Positions 27,153 to 36,885 of a DNA stretch of 64,000 nt are shown here, in pieces (the stretch's first letter is position 1; each line of letters starts with the position of its first letter). The notes under the pieces are model-generated. The model did no database searches. It worked only from the letters and a program-made list of their open reading frames with translations, and was not told the DNA's origin. Position numbers and translations under genes: made by a program. Source of the DNA: Anaerolineae bacterium (GTDB taxonomy: Bacteria > Chloroflexota > Anaerolineae > Aggregatilineales > Aggregatilineaceae); assembly GCA_034437275.1 (NCBI GenBank), contig DAOTUD010000185.1:17702-81701 (forward strand). Reading direction: 5' to 3'.

Positions 27153-28154
27153 ATGGCTGTTCATAATGATCATGCGCCACACGCCGCCGCGAATTGGATT
27201 GCGGGTGTGCGCTTTTTCGAAATAGGGAAACTGTACCACTTTAGCTGCCGGCACGTGCCAGAACTGCGTGTCGGGGACTACGTTATCGTCGAGACCACAC
27301 GCGGGCGGCAGTTGGGCCAGGTGATGAATCTGGTCTCGCCAGACGAGGTGGGAAACGGGCGAAGTTACAAGCCCATCTTGCGCAAGGCGACCCCCGCCGA
27401 CTTGCTGAGCCAGAAGACCTGGAAAGGGCGCGAAGCCGAAGCCCTGGTCAACTGCCGGGAAAAAGCGGCAGAGGTGGGCGGCTTTGGGGATGCCAAGTTC
27501 ATCGCCGCCCAGTACAACTTCGACGGCACGCTGCTCACGTTCCTGTTCAGCGCCGAGGACAAGCTCAACACGTCGCGGCTGCGGACGCAGCTGCAGCGCA
27601 GCTACAAAGCCAAAGTCGAGCTGCGTCAGGTCGGCCCGCGCGATGTCGCCAAAGTGATCGGCGGCATGGGGGCCTGCGGCATTCCGCGCTGCTGCAGCAC
27701 ATTCCTGACCGACTTCAGCCCGATCTCGATCCGCATGGCGAAGTCGCAGGGCATTTCGCTGAACCCGTCGGAGATCACCGGGATGTGCGGGCGGCTGCGC
27801 TGCTGCCTGCTGTACGAGTACGAGCAGTACGTCGAGGCGCGTAAGCACCTCCCCAAGCGCAAGAAGCGCATTGGCACGCCGTACGGTGAAGGCCGCGTGA
27901 TCGATGTGCTGCCGATGAGCGATTCGGTTGTGGTGCTCATCGACGACACCCGCTACACGGTCAAGCGTGAAGAAATCATCCCGATGGAAGAATGGGAGGC
28001 GCTCAAGCAAAAGGCCGGCGGCGGGGGCCAACCATCGGACCGCGCGCCCGACGACAACGACGACGAGCAGAAATCGAACAGACGCTCGAGCCGCAGCAAA
28101 AAATCATCGCGCCACCGCGGTCGCCAGAGAAAATCGCGCCGGAAGAAGGACTGA
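27153..28154 (+). CDS. PSP1 domain protein (RicT/YaaT-like) with basic C-terminal tail
   Basis: The conserved PSP1 C-terminal Cys cluster is present: GACGIPRCCSTFL...GMCGRLRCCLLYE. Confidence 0.75.
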   Translation: MAVHNDHAPHAAANWIAGVRFFEIGKLYHFSCRHVPELRVGDYVIVETTRGRQLGQVMNLVSPDEVGNGRSYKPILRKATPADLLSQKTWKGREAEALVNCREKAAEVGGFGDAKFIAAQYNFDGTLLTFLFSAEDKLNTSRLRTQLQRSYKAKVELRQVGPRDVAKVIGGMGACGIPRCCSTFLTDFSPISIRMAKSQGISLNPSEITGMCGRLRCCLLYEYEQYVEARKHLPKRKKRIGTPYGEGRVIDVLPMSDSVVVLIDDTRYTVKREEIIPMEEWEALKQKAGGGGQPSDRAPDDNDDEQKSNRRSSRSKKSSRHRGRQRKSRRKKD

Positions 28155-28168
28155 ACGCAGGAGCATAC

Positions 28169-28882
28169 ATGACCGAACACAATCCAGTCACCCGAGTGAT
28201 GGGCATCTTTGCCCACCCCGATGATCCCGAATTTTTCTGCGGCGGTACCTTTGCCAAATGGGCCGCCGAGGGCAAACACATCACGTTTGTGCTGGCCACC
28301 AGCGGCGACAAAGGGTCTGCCGATCTGGCGGCCACGTCCGAAGATCTGATCCCGGTCCGCGAAGCCGAGGAGCGCGCCGCTGCCGCTGCGCTGGGGGCGC
28401 AGGATGTCATTTTCCTGCGCTACCCGGATGGTGAACTCCAGCCCACGCTGGAACTGCGCCGCCGGTTGACGCGCCTGATCCGGCTCAAAACGCCGGATGC
28501 CCTGGTCACTAACGATCCGACCGCGCGCTGGTACGGCAGGCACTACATCAACCATCCCGACCACCGCGCGATCGGGGATGCGGCGCTCGATGCGGTGTTC
28601 CCTTCGGCGCGCGACCACCTGACGTTTCCCGAACTGTACCGGGACGAAGGGTTAGCTCCGCACAAGGTCAAGCACGTTTACCTGTGCGGCACCCACGAGC
28701 CGGATGTGAAGGTGGATGTAACGGACTACCTGGAGACAAAAATCACGGCCCTGCGCGAGCATAAAAGCCAGATCGACGATATGGAGGCAATGGCCCAGCG
28801 CCAGCGCGACAACGTCGATCCTGAGTTCGCGCACGATGCGCCGCGTTATACCGAGTTTTTCCGCGTGTTTCATCTGCGGTAG
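28169..28882 (+). CDS. PIG-L/LmbE-family N-acetylglucosaminyl deacetylase
   Basis: Start at MTEHNP, after an AGGAG RBS. Contains the AHPDDPEF zinc motif and HPDH. Confidence 0.8.
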   Translation: MTEHNPVTRVMGIFAHPDDPEFFCGGTFAKWAAEGKHITFVLATSGDKGSADLAATSEDLIPVREAEERAAAAALGAQDVIFLRYPDGELQPTLELRRRLTRLIRLKTPDALVTNDPTARWYGRHYINHPDHRAIGDAALDAVFPSARDHLTFPELYRDEGLAPHKVKHVYLCGTHEPDVKVDVTDYLETKITALREHKSQIDDMEAMAQRQRDNVDPEFAHDAPRYTEFFRVFHLR

Positions 28883-28890
28883 GAGCTGCT

Positions 28891-30075
28891 ATGACAACAA
28901 TAGACTTTAAACCGGCGATCCAGGCCCGCCAGGCCGATTGGATCACCCGCCGCCGCGACCTGCACCGCCACCCGGAACTGGGCTTCCAGGAAGTGCGCAC
29001 CGCCGGCATCGTGGCCGATGAGCTGACGCGCCTGGGGTTGGACATCCGGACCGGCGTCGGCAAAACCGGCGTCGTGGGCCTGCTGGAAGGGGCCGCGGAC
29101 GGGCCGACGGTGCTGGTCCGCGCCGATATGGACGCGCTGCCGGTCCAGGAAGAAAATGACGTCGATTACGCCTCAGAAACGCCGGGCAAGATGCACGCCT
29201 GCGGTCATGATGGGCACACCACCATCGCGCTGGCCGTGGCCGAACTGCTCAGCGCGCACCGCGACCAGATCGCCGGATGGGTGAAGTTCGTCTTCCAGCC
29301 TGCCGAAGAGATCGGCAAGGGGGCTGCCGCGATGCTGGCCGACGGTGTGTTAGACAACCCGGAGCCGGATGTCGCGCTGGGGCTGCACATCTGGAACGAA
29401 GTCCCGGTTGGCTCGGTGGCGCTGGTCGATGGGCCGATGATGGCCGGGGCCAACGATTTCCGGGTGCGCGTGACCGGGCAGGGCGGGCACGGCGGGCTGC
29501 CGCACGAAACCCGCGACCCCATCGTCGCCGCCAGCCAGATCGTGAATGCGTTCCAGAGCATCGTCAGCCGCAACGTCTGCCCGACCGACGTGGCGGTCAT
29601 CTCCGTGACGTCGTTCCATGCCGGGGATTCGTTCAATGTGATCCCGCCCGAAGCCAAACTGCGCGGCACGGTGCGCGCGTTTCGGCCCGAAGTCCGCGAC
29701 ATGGTCACGGCACGGATGCGGGAGATCGCCGAGGGCATCGCGGCGTCGATGGGCTGCCAGGCCGAACTGTCGATGGAGCACCTCACGCTGCCGGTGGTTA
29801 ACGCGCCCGCCGTCAACGCCCAACTGCGCGCCGTGTTCGCCAACGTTGCCCCCCACCTCACGCTCATTCAGGACTACCAGACGATGGCCGCCGAAGATAT
29901 GTCCTACTTTCTGGATGCGGTGCCGGGTACGTTTTTCTTCGTCGGCTCGGCGGACCCGTCGCGCGGGCTGGATTATCCGCACCACCATCCCCGCTTTAAC
30001 TGGGATGACGAGGCCGTGATCCCGCTGGCGGTGGAACTGATGGCCGCCGGCGTGGCGTCCTACGTGCTTCGCTAA
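28891..30075 (+). CDS. M20D-family amidohydrolase (N-acyl-amino-acid amidohydrolase / hippurate hydrolase-like)
   Basis: 394 aa. Motifs HRHPELGFQE, MHACGHDGH, FQPAEE. Confidence 0.85.
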   Translation: MTTIDFKPAIQARQADWITRRRDLHRHPELGFQEVRTAGIVADELTRLGLDIRTGVGKTGVVGLLEGAADGPTVLVRADMDALPVQEENDVDYASETPGKMHACGHDGHTTIALAVAELLSAHRDQIAGWVKFVFQPAEEIGKGAAAMLADGVLDNPEPDVALGLHIWNEVPVGSVALVDGPMMAGANDFRVRVTGQGGHGGLPHETRDPIVAASQIVNAFQSIVSRNVCPTDVAVISVTSFHAGDSFNVIPPEAKLRGTVRAFRPEVRDMVTARMREIAEGIAASMGCQAELSMEHLTLPVVNAPAVNAQLRAVFANVAPHLTLIQDYQTMAAEDMSYFLDAVPGTFFFVGSADPSRGLDYPHHHPRFNWDDEAVIPLAVELMAAGVASYVLR

Positions 30076-30100
30076 ACCACAGGACGAACGGGGGGATAAC

Positions 30101-30754
30101 ATGCCACAGGTTAACATTTTCCGCTGGCAGGCCGGTAACGGCTGGCTGGTGCTTTCGGGCGGTGGCGCGCACGACTCCAGCGATGTGCTGGATATCGAAG
30201 CGCACACGCTGCGCCGCACCGTGTCCCAGGGGCCGCTGGCTTACATCTGGGCCGCCGGGGATATCGAAACGGCGGACCGGCACATGGATTCACTGCGCGA
30301 GCTTGGTGCGCGCACCGGCTATCTGGTGGATGTGCTGGCCGAGGCCGACGATACGCTGTCCCGCCGGCTGCGCGAAGCCGGGATGATCATCCTGGGCGAC
30401 GGGCCGCGGGTCGATACGCTGCGCGATGCGCTGGACGGTGTGGTGCTGGACAGCATGGCTGAGGCGTTCCAGCGCGGGGCGACGGTCTACGCTGCTGGCA
30501 GCAGCACCATGGCGTTCGGCGAACACATGCCGGACGGAGCCGGAACCAACTGGCTGCAGGGCAGCATCATCGTGCCCGGCTACACCGCCGAGGCTGCCGA
30601 CCAGCTTCACGAGCGCGTCCAGGCGCACCCGCGCAGTTATGGCCTGGGGCTGGGCGCGGGAGCGGCGCTGGCGCTGGGGCCGCGCGGCGAAGTCGAAGTG
30701 TGGGGCAACGAATCGATCACGGTCGCGTTGGGGCAGGATTTGCAGCCTGATTAG
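30101..30754 (+). CDS. Peptidase S51 / cyanophycinase-like protein (paralogue of 20069-20776)
   Basis: 217 aa. Pattern VLSGGGA...ILGDGPRVDTL...AAGSSTMAFG parallels the other S51-like ORF. Confidence 0.5.
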   Translation: MPQVNIFRWQAGNGWLVLSGGGAHDSSDVLDIEAHTLRRTVSQGPLAYIWAAGDIETADRHMDSLRELGARTGYLVDVLAEADDTLSRRLREAGMIILGDGPRVDTLRDALDGVVLDSMAEAFQRGATVYAAGSSTMAFGEHMPDGAGTNWLQGSIIVPGYTAEAADQLHERVQAHPRSYGLGLGAGAALALGPRGEVEVWGNESITVALGQDLQPD

Positions 30755-30777
30755 CCCGGTGAGGGAGTGAGGATACG

Positions 30778-31644
30778 ATGTCAACAGCGGGGCAACTGCC
30801 GGACCTCGACGCCGTACCGCAGCGGGTGGTATCGCTGGTCCCCAGCCTGACGGAATCATTGTTCGATCTCGATTTGGGGGACCGCTTAATCGCGGTAACC
30901 GATTATTGCGTGAGACCGGCAAAGGGTGTAGAGTCATTGCCAAAGGTAAGTGGGCCGAAAAATCCAGACCTTGATCGAATCATCAACCTGAATCCGGACC
31001 TGGTTTTGCTCAACGACGAGGAAAACCGCCGGGACGCTGCAGCAGCATTGCAGTCAGCCAATATGCCGGTATGGGTAACAGGGCCACGTACCGTGTTTGA
31101 TGCGTTAAATGTGCTGTGGGCGATCATGGACGTTTTTGAGCATTCAGTCATGGTGCCGCGTGTGCGGGAAATCGAGCGGGCCTATGATTACACGCTGGGG
31201 GCATCGCGCGCCGAAACACCGGTTACGGTGTTTGCACCGATCTGGCGCGATCCCTGGATGACGTTCAACGCTGACACGTACGCACACGACATCTTACGGG
31301 TGTGTGGCGGGGCCAATGTATTCGCGGCCCGGGAGCGCCAGTTTCCACTAGAAGCCGATCTCGGGCAGACTGACCCGCTGCCGGACGACGATCCGCGCGT
31401 TGCCGGGCGTGACCGGCGTTACCCACGCATTACCCTGGATGAGGTTATCGACGCACAACCGGATGTGGTGTTGCTCCCCGACGAACCCTGCGCGTTTGAG
31501 GAAAACGATGCGGAGTTGTTCCGGTCTCTGGACATACCGGCGGCTCATACGGGGCGAATCCACCGGGTTGATGGCAGCTTGTTAACCTGGCATGGCACAC
31601 GTATCGCGTACGCGCTGCGTGATCTGCCGCCCTTGTTAGAATAG
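30778..31644 (+). CDS. Periplasmic-binding-protein type 2 (BtuF/TroA-like, cobalamin/iron-siderophore type) protein without an obvious signal peptide
   Basis: RVVSLVPSLTESLFDLDLGDRLIAVTDYC...NPDLVLL is typical of the PBP fold of FecB/BtuF-type proteins. Confidence 0.65.
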   Translation: MSTAGQLPDLDAVPQRVVSLVPSLTESLFDLDLGDRLIAVTDYCVRPAKGVESLPKVSGPKNPDLDRIINLNPDLVLLNDEENRRDAAAALQSANMPVWVTGPRTVFDALNVLWAIMDVFEHSVMVPRVREIERAYDYTLGASRAETPVTVFAPIWRDPWMTFNADTYAHDILRVCGGANVFAARERQFPLEADLGQTDPLPDDDPRVAGRDRRYPRITLDEVIDAQPDVVLLPDEPCAFEENDAELFRSLDIPAAHTGRIHRVDGSLLTWHGTRIAYALRDLPPLLE

Positions 31645-31654
31645 GCCATGAACA

Positions 31655-32641
31655 ATGAATGTCCTTGAGGATTTATGTGATTATATTTCCGATGCCGTTA
31701 TTGTTGTTGACAGCGATAACCGCATCATACTGTTTAATTCGGCAGCCGAAACGGCGTTTGCGACCTCTGCTCACGCTGTCATCGGCCAACCGTTGGATGC
31801 TTCTCCCGCTACACGTTCGCTTGTGGCGTTATTCGAGCAAGAGGGTTCCCAGCCGCTGACACTCCCCTCGGGGATGGTTTACCAAAGCCGGCGCTACCAA
31901 ATTGGGTCCGGCGAGCGCATCGCGGTGCTGCAACCGGCGCAGCGGCATTTCGCCGAGCAGATCGGCGAGATCGCGCATGCCCTCAAGACGCCGCTGTCGT
32001 CGACCAAGAGCTTCATCGACCTGATCGGCGAGGTCGGCAGCCTGAATGACCAGCAGGCCGCGTTCGCCAAGCGTGCCCTCGGCAGCCTGCAATATGCGTT
32101 TACCGTGGTGCGGGAAACGATCAACATGGCCTGGCTGCAATCTGGCCAGGCGCTGCACGTGACCCAGGTCGATTTACATGCCCTGGCGCGCGAGGTCGTC
32201 ACGCAGTTCGACGCGGTGGCCCAGTTGCAGGACGTGCAGATCGACCTGGAGTTGTGCGACGATGAATGCACCGTCGAAGGGGACAAGCGCCGGCTGGGGG
32301 ATGTGCTCAATAACCTGGTCAGCAACGGCATCAAGTATTCGCCGCACGGCGGCACCGTGCAGATATCGGTGCACACCAACGGCGACACCGCGCAGGTACA
32401 GGTCCAGGATGAGGGGCTGGGCATCAGCCCGGAGCATCTCCCGTACATCTTCGACTACTTTTACCGCGTGCATTCGCCAGACACCCAGCGCATCGAAGGC
32501 AGCGGGTTGGGGCTGGCCATCGTTAAGGGCGTGGTCGAAAAGCACGGTGGCTCGGTGTCGGTCGAGAGTACGCTGGGGGACGGCAGCGTGTTCGCGGTGG
32601 AACTGCCGCGCGTTCAGTCCTCCGACAACCACTCCAGGTAG
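31655..32641 (+). CDS. Cytoplasmic PAS-domain sensor histidine kinase
   Basis: H-box EIAHALKTPLSS, N-box NLVSNGIKYSP, G-boxes DEGLGI and GSGLGLAI. No TM segment. Confidence 0.85.
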   Translation: MNVLEDLCDYISDAVIVVDSDNRIILFNSAAETAFATSAHAVIGQPLDASPATRSLVALFEQEGSQPLTLPSGMVYQSRRYQIGSGERIAVLQPAQRHFAEQIGEIAHALKTPLSSTKSFIDLIGEVGSLNDQQAAFAKRALGSLQYAFTVVRETINMAWLQSGQALHVTQVDLHALAREVVTQFDAVAQLQDVQIDLELCDDECTVEGDKRRLGDVLNNLVSNGIKYSPHGGTVQISVHTNGDTAQVQVQDEGLGISPEHLPYIFDYFYRVHSPDTQRIEGSGLGLAIVKGVVEKHGGSVSVESTLGDGSVFAVELPRVQSSDNHSR

Positions 32642-33588
32642 GCATCCGCTGCCGACTGGCGCTGCTCGCTGGAGACAAGGATCGGCAGCGCGCGCGGCAT
32701 CAGGTCGGCGATGATCGGCGTGGTGCCGAGGGGGTCGCCGTCGATCTGCGTTAGTTCCGGTTTTTCGGTGTCGATCACGATCCGTTTGCGTGCCGAAAAA
32801 TACATGATCGCTTCGGGGGGGAGACCGTTCCCGGCGAAGAAGTGCGTCATGCTGCTCAGCACGCGCAGCGGGTTCAGCGGACGCAGCACCCCGGCATACA
32901 ACAAGCCGTCGTCGGGCTGAATGGCCTCGTTGATCACTGACAGGGCATTGATCCAGGTCAGCGCGCCGGTCGCGGTGATGAAGGCCAGGATGCCCTCGAC
33001 GCGGATCGGGGCCTGCCCGTCGAGTGAGATCAGGTACTCGCGGGGTTCAACCTGGCGCAGCGAGCGCAGCCCCGACAGGCCATAGGCCAACACCCCCAGC
33101 CGGTCCTTATCTTCGCGCGTGACGTTGTGCGCGGCTTCGGCCTCAAAGCTGGTCGAGATCCGCAGCACAGAACAGCGCTCCCCGACTTTGGCCAGATCGA
33201 TGTGCCGCAGCGAGCCAGCACCCAGCGCCAGCTTCAGCGCCGGATCCAGGCGGTGCGGGATGCCCAAAAAGCCGGATACCACGTTGCCCGTGCCGACCGG
33301 CACCCACGCGAACGGCGGCACTTTTTCTCCCAAGACATGTTTGGCTCCGGATACCCCCTCCATCAAGGTGCCATCTCCACCGGCCACCAGGATACGGTCT
33401 GCCCCCTCGGCGATACCGTCCTTGATCGCGCCGATGAAGTCAAAATCCGGGGTGGTGATGTGCATTGTGATCCGGGGCTGGCGAATGTCGCGCAGCCGTG
33501 CGATCAATTCCTGGCCGCGCCTGGTACCCGATGCCGGATTCACAATCGCCAGAACATGCTCGGGCGCTTCGACTGGAGTCCGTTTCAT
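32614..33588 (-). CDS. Diacylglycerol/lipid kinase family protein (YegS/DagK-like)
   Basis: 324 aa. NPASG N-terminus and the GGDGT motif (VAGGDGTLMEG). Confidence 0.8.
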   Translation of the reverse strand: MKRTPVEAPEHVLAIVNPASGTRRGQELIARLRDIRQPRITMHITTPDFDFIGAIKDGIAEGADRILVAGGDGTLMEGVSGAKHVLGEKVPPFAWVPVGTGNVVSGFLGIPHRLDPALKLALGAGSLRHIDLAKVGERCSVLRISTSFEAEAAHNVTREDKDRLGVLAYGLSGLRSLRQVEPREYLISLDGQAPIRVEGILAFITATGALTWINALSVINEAIQPDDGLLYAGVLRPLNPLRVLSSMTHFFAGNGLPPEAIMYFSARKRIVIDTEKPELTQIDGDPLGTTPIIADLMPRALPILVSSEQRQSAADAYLEWLSED

Positions 33589-33646
33589 AAAGGTATTACC
33601 CTTGCACAGAGTAAACGCAATTTCAGTATACCGCGATCACGCGGTT

Positions 33647-34288
33647 CTAAATAGTGATGTCCGAGGGCGTGGCAGAAGGCGTGAGTGTCGGTGTCGGTCC
33701 TGCCGGGGGATTGTTGTCACCGTCTGGGGGCGGCGTTCCCGGCGTGGACGATGCTGGTCCAGGTGGCCCCGGTGTGTACGATGGCGTTGGGCTGATGGTG
33801 GGCAGCGGTGTCATGGTCTGGCTCGGGGTTGGTGTAGGGTTGGCGGCCTCGACGACGCTTTCGTGCACGAAGACGATATCACGAAATGCGCCATCCGGGT
33901 TCAGATCGACCACGTACCATTCCATATTCTCCCGCGCCTGCGTGTATACACATAGTTCGGTCCCATACTCAACGATCTCGCGAAAAGGGCACTGATTGTC
34001 GTCCATGCTGGGGCACTCGCGCAGCTTGGCGCGTTCCACACTGATGGCGAATAGCTGGCAGGGCGGCAGCGGTGTATACGTGGGGGGCCGGGTGGGGATG
34101 CCGGAGGTTGGCGCGGGCGTGGTGGCCAGGGCCGCATCGCGCGCATCTGCGGTGGCACCCGCTGTGATGTCGCCGCCGCTCTCTAGAAAGTTCAGCATCC
34201 CGGTCCAGATCAAATAGCCTCCAAACACCAGCAGTGCGCCGATGGTGACGACCAGCATGGGCGATGGCCCGGTTGTATTGCGAGACAT
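33647..34288 (-). CDS. Membrane-anchored protein with a Cys-containing SH3b-like domain flanked by Pro/Thr-rich linkers
   Basis: TM segment MLVVTIGALLVFGGYLIW. Core CQLFAISVERAKLRECPS...MEWYVVDL...VFVHESVV resembles bacterial SH3. Confidence 0.5.
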   Translation of the reverse strand: MSRNTTGPSPMLVVTIGALLVFGGYLIWTGMLNFLESGGDITAGATADARDAALATTPAPTSGIPTRPPTYTPLPPCQLFAISVERAKLRECPSMDDNQCPFREIVEYGTELCVYTQARENMEWYVVDLNPDGAFRDIVFVHESVVEAANPTPTPSQTMTPLPTISPTPSYTPGPPGPASSTPGTPPPDGDNNPPAGPTPTLTPSATPSDITI

Positions 34289-34325
34289 ACCTCTACCCTA
34301 TGATGACTGTGTTGGCGTATTCCCC

Positions 34326-35390
34326 CTATTCCCGCAGCGCGTGCAGTTCGTATACGGTGATCGGCTCACGCTTGCCGGGCAGCCGCCGCGCGTCGAGGCG
34401 ACTGGCCTCGATGTGGCCCTGGGCCTGGCGGAACGTGTCTTTGCTGATCAAAATCTGGTCCGGTGCGGCAGTTTGCTGCAACCGGCGCGCAATGTTGACC
34501 GTATCGCCGATCACAGTGTAACTCATGACCCGTTCCGATCCCACATTTCCGACCGCGGCTTCCCCGGTGTGCAGCCCCATCCCCAACGCCAGTTGGCTCA
34601 GGTCGATCTGCTGGCTGGAGGACTTCAACTGCTGGAACAGGGCGCGCATGTCCAGCGCCATCCGCAGCGCGTTGAGTGTGTCGTCGTTGGTCGCGACCGG
34701 CGCACCGAAAAACGCCATGATCTCGTCGCCGATGTATTTGTCGAACGTTCCCTGGTATTCGAACACGACTTCCGTCAGCGCGGAGAAGATGCGGTTCAAG
34801 ACGGTGATCACGGCTCCGGCGCTGTATTGTTCGGCGAAGGCGGAAAACCCCCGGATATCGCTGAAGAACACCGTTACGCAGCGCGTTTCGCCGCCCAACT
34901 GCAAGTATTTTTCCGGGTCAGACAGGATCACTTTGGTCACGTCCTCGTCGACATAGCGCATCAACACCTGCCGCAGCAGCCGGTTACGAGCTTCGACCTC
35001 ATCGTGAAGCTGCTTGATGCGCAGCAGCGACTTGACGCGCGTCAGCATCAGCAGCGAGTTAAACGGCTTGGTCACAAAATCGTCGGCCCCGGCCTCGATG
35101 GCTTTGAGCTTGTCCTCGTCGGATTCCAGCGCGGTGACCATCACGACCGGCGTGAAGCGGGTGCGCGGGTCCTGCTTGAGCTGGCGGCAGACTTCGTAGC
35201 CGTCCATGCCGGTCATGCGCACGTCGAGCATCACCAGATCGGGCGGATCGTCGAACGCCAGTTCCAGCGCTTTTTCGCCACTGTGCGCGGTGCCGACCCG
35301 GTAACCGCTCGTCTTGAGATACGTCTCCAGCACTTCGCGGTTCATCCAGTCATCGTCCACGACCAGCACGTAGGGGGCTTCCTGGCTCAT
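34326..35390 (-). CDS. Response regulator receiver fused to class III adenylate/guanylate cyclase
   Basis: Start at MSQEAPYVLVVDDD, overlapping the upstream gene's stop as ATGA. Receiver motifs DVRMTGMDG and KP. Cyclase domain VTVFFSDIRGFSAF...GDEIMAFFGAP...GLHTGEAAVGNVG. Confidence 0.85.
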   Translation of the reverse strand: MSQEAPYVLVVDDDWMNREVLETYLKTSGYRVGTAHSGEKALELAFDDPPDLVMLDVRMTGMDGYEVCRQLKQDPRTRFTPVVMVTALESDEDKLKAIEAGADDFVTKPFNSLLMLTRVKSLLRIKQLHDEVEARNRLLRQVLMRYVDEDVTKVILSDPEKYLQLGGETRCVTVFFSDIRGFSAFAEQYSAGAVITVLNRIFSALTEVVFEYQGTFDKYIGDEIMAFFGAPVATNDDTLNALRMALDMRALFQQLKSSSQQIDLSQLALGMGLHTGEAAVGNVGSERVMSYTVIGDTVNIARRLQQTAAPDQILISKDTFRQAQGHIEASRLDARRLPGKREPITVYELHALRE

Positions 35391-36010
35391 GCGTTGGACT
35401 TTTCTCGCATCACCGCCGCCAGCCGGCGCTGCACCTCGTCGACGGCCCACTGCTGCGTGCCGTCCAGCACCACGACCGGCGCTTCGGCGCGATCAGCATT
35501 CAGCAGCCACTCGTCGTGATGGTCCTCAAGCTGCTGGAGATATGCCCGCGCGATGGACTTTTCCTCCGCGCGCCCGCGCATTTGCAGCCGTCGGAAGCAT
35601 TCCTCGGCGGGGGTGCGCAGGTAGAGAATCGCATCCGGGATGGGCACCGTCGGCGCGAAGTGCTCCCAAAAGTGGCGATACACCGCCCATTCGGTGTCGT
35701 CCATCACCCCTTGCGCGTGCAGGTTTTTGGCGAATACATGCCGGTCACAGTAGATCGAGCGCTCGTAGACGACCGGCTGCTCGCCGGTCACGTCCAGCAG
35801 GGCCTGCGCCCGGGTCACAAACGCGCCAATCTGCAGCGTAAAGGCCCAGCGCGGCGTATCGGCGTAGAAGCGTTCGAGCAGGTTGGTGTCGAAGCCGGTC
35901 TGCCAGCGCCCGACCGGCTCGGGGATAAACGTAAAGCGGTCGCTGGCCTCGAGCATGGTCCCCAGGGTTGTTTTTCCGGCGGCGATGTTGCCTTCAATGA
36001 GAACAAGCAT
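35387..36010 (-). CDS. Deoxynucleoside kinase
   Basis: P-loop MLVLIEGNIAAGKTT, ERSIYCDRHVFA (ERS motif), lid RGRAEE. AAGGAAG RBS before the ATG at 36010. Confidence 0.8.
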   Translation of the reverse strand: MLVLIEGNIAAGKTTLGTMLEASDRFTFIPEPVGRWQTGFDTNLLERFYADTPRWAFTLQIGAFVTRAQALLDVTGEQPVVYERSIYCDRHVFAKNLHAQGVMDDTEWAVYRHFWEHFAPTVPIPDAILYLRTPAEECFRRLQMRGRAEEKSIARAYLQQLEDHHDEWLLNADRAEAPVVVLDGTQQWAVDEVQRRLAAVMREKSNA

Positions 36011-36144
36011 TCGTAGTCTTCCTTTTCCCAGCAAAACGACCGGCGAGACAGCACGCTATCTCGCCGGGAAAGATCGGAATTGGCTGCCGTCTTGCCTTGA
36101 ATTCTACGAAACAATTGACGGACGTGCCACAAACCGGTGCCGCG

Positions 36145-36876
<732 letters not shown>

Positions 36877-36885
36877 GGTATCCCT

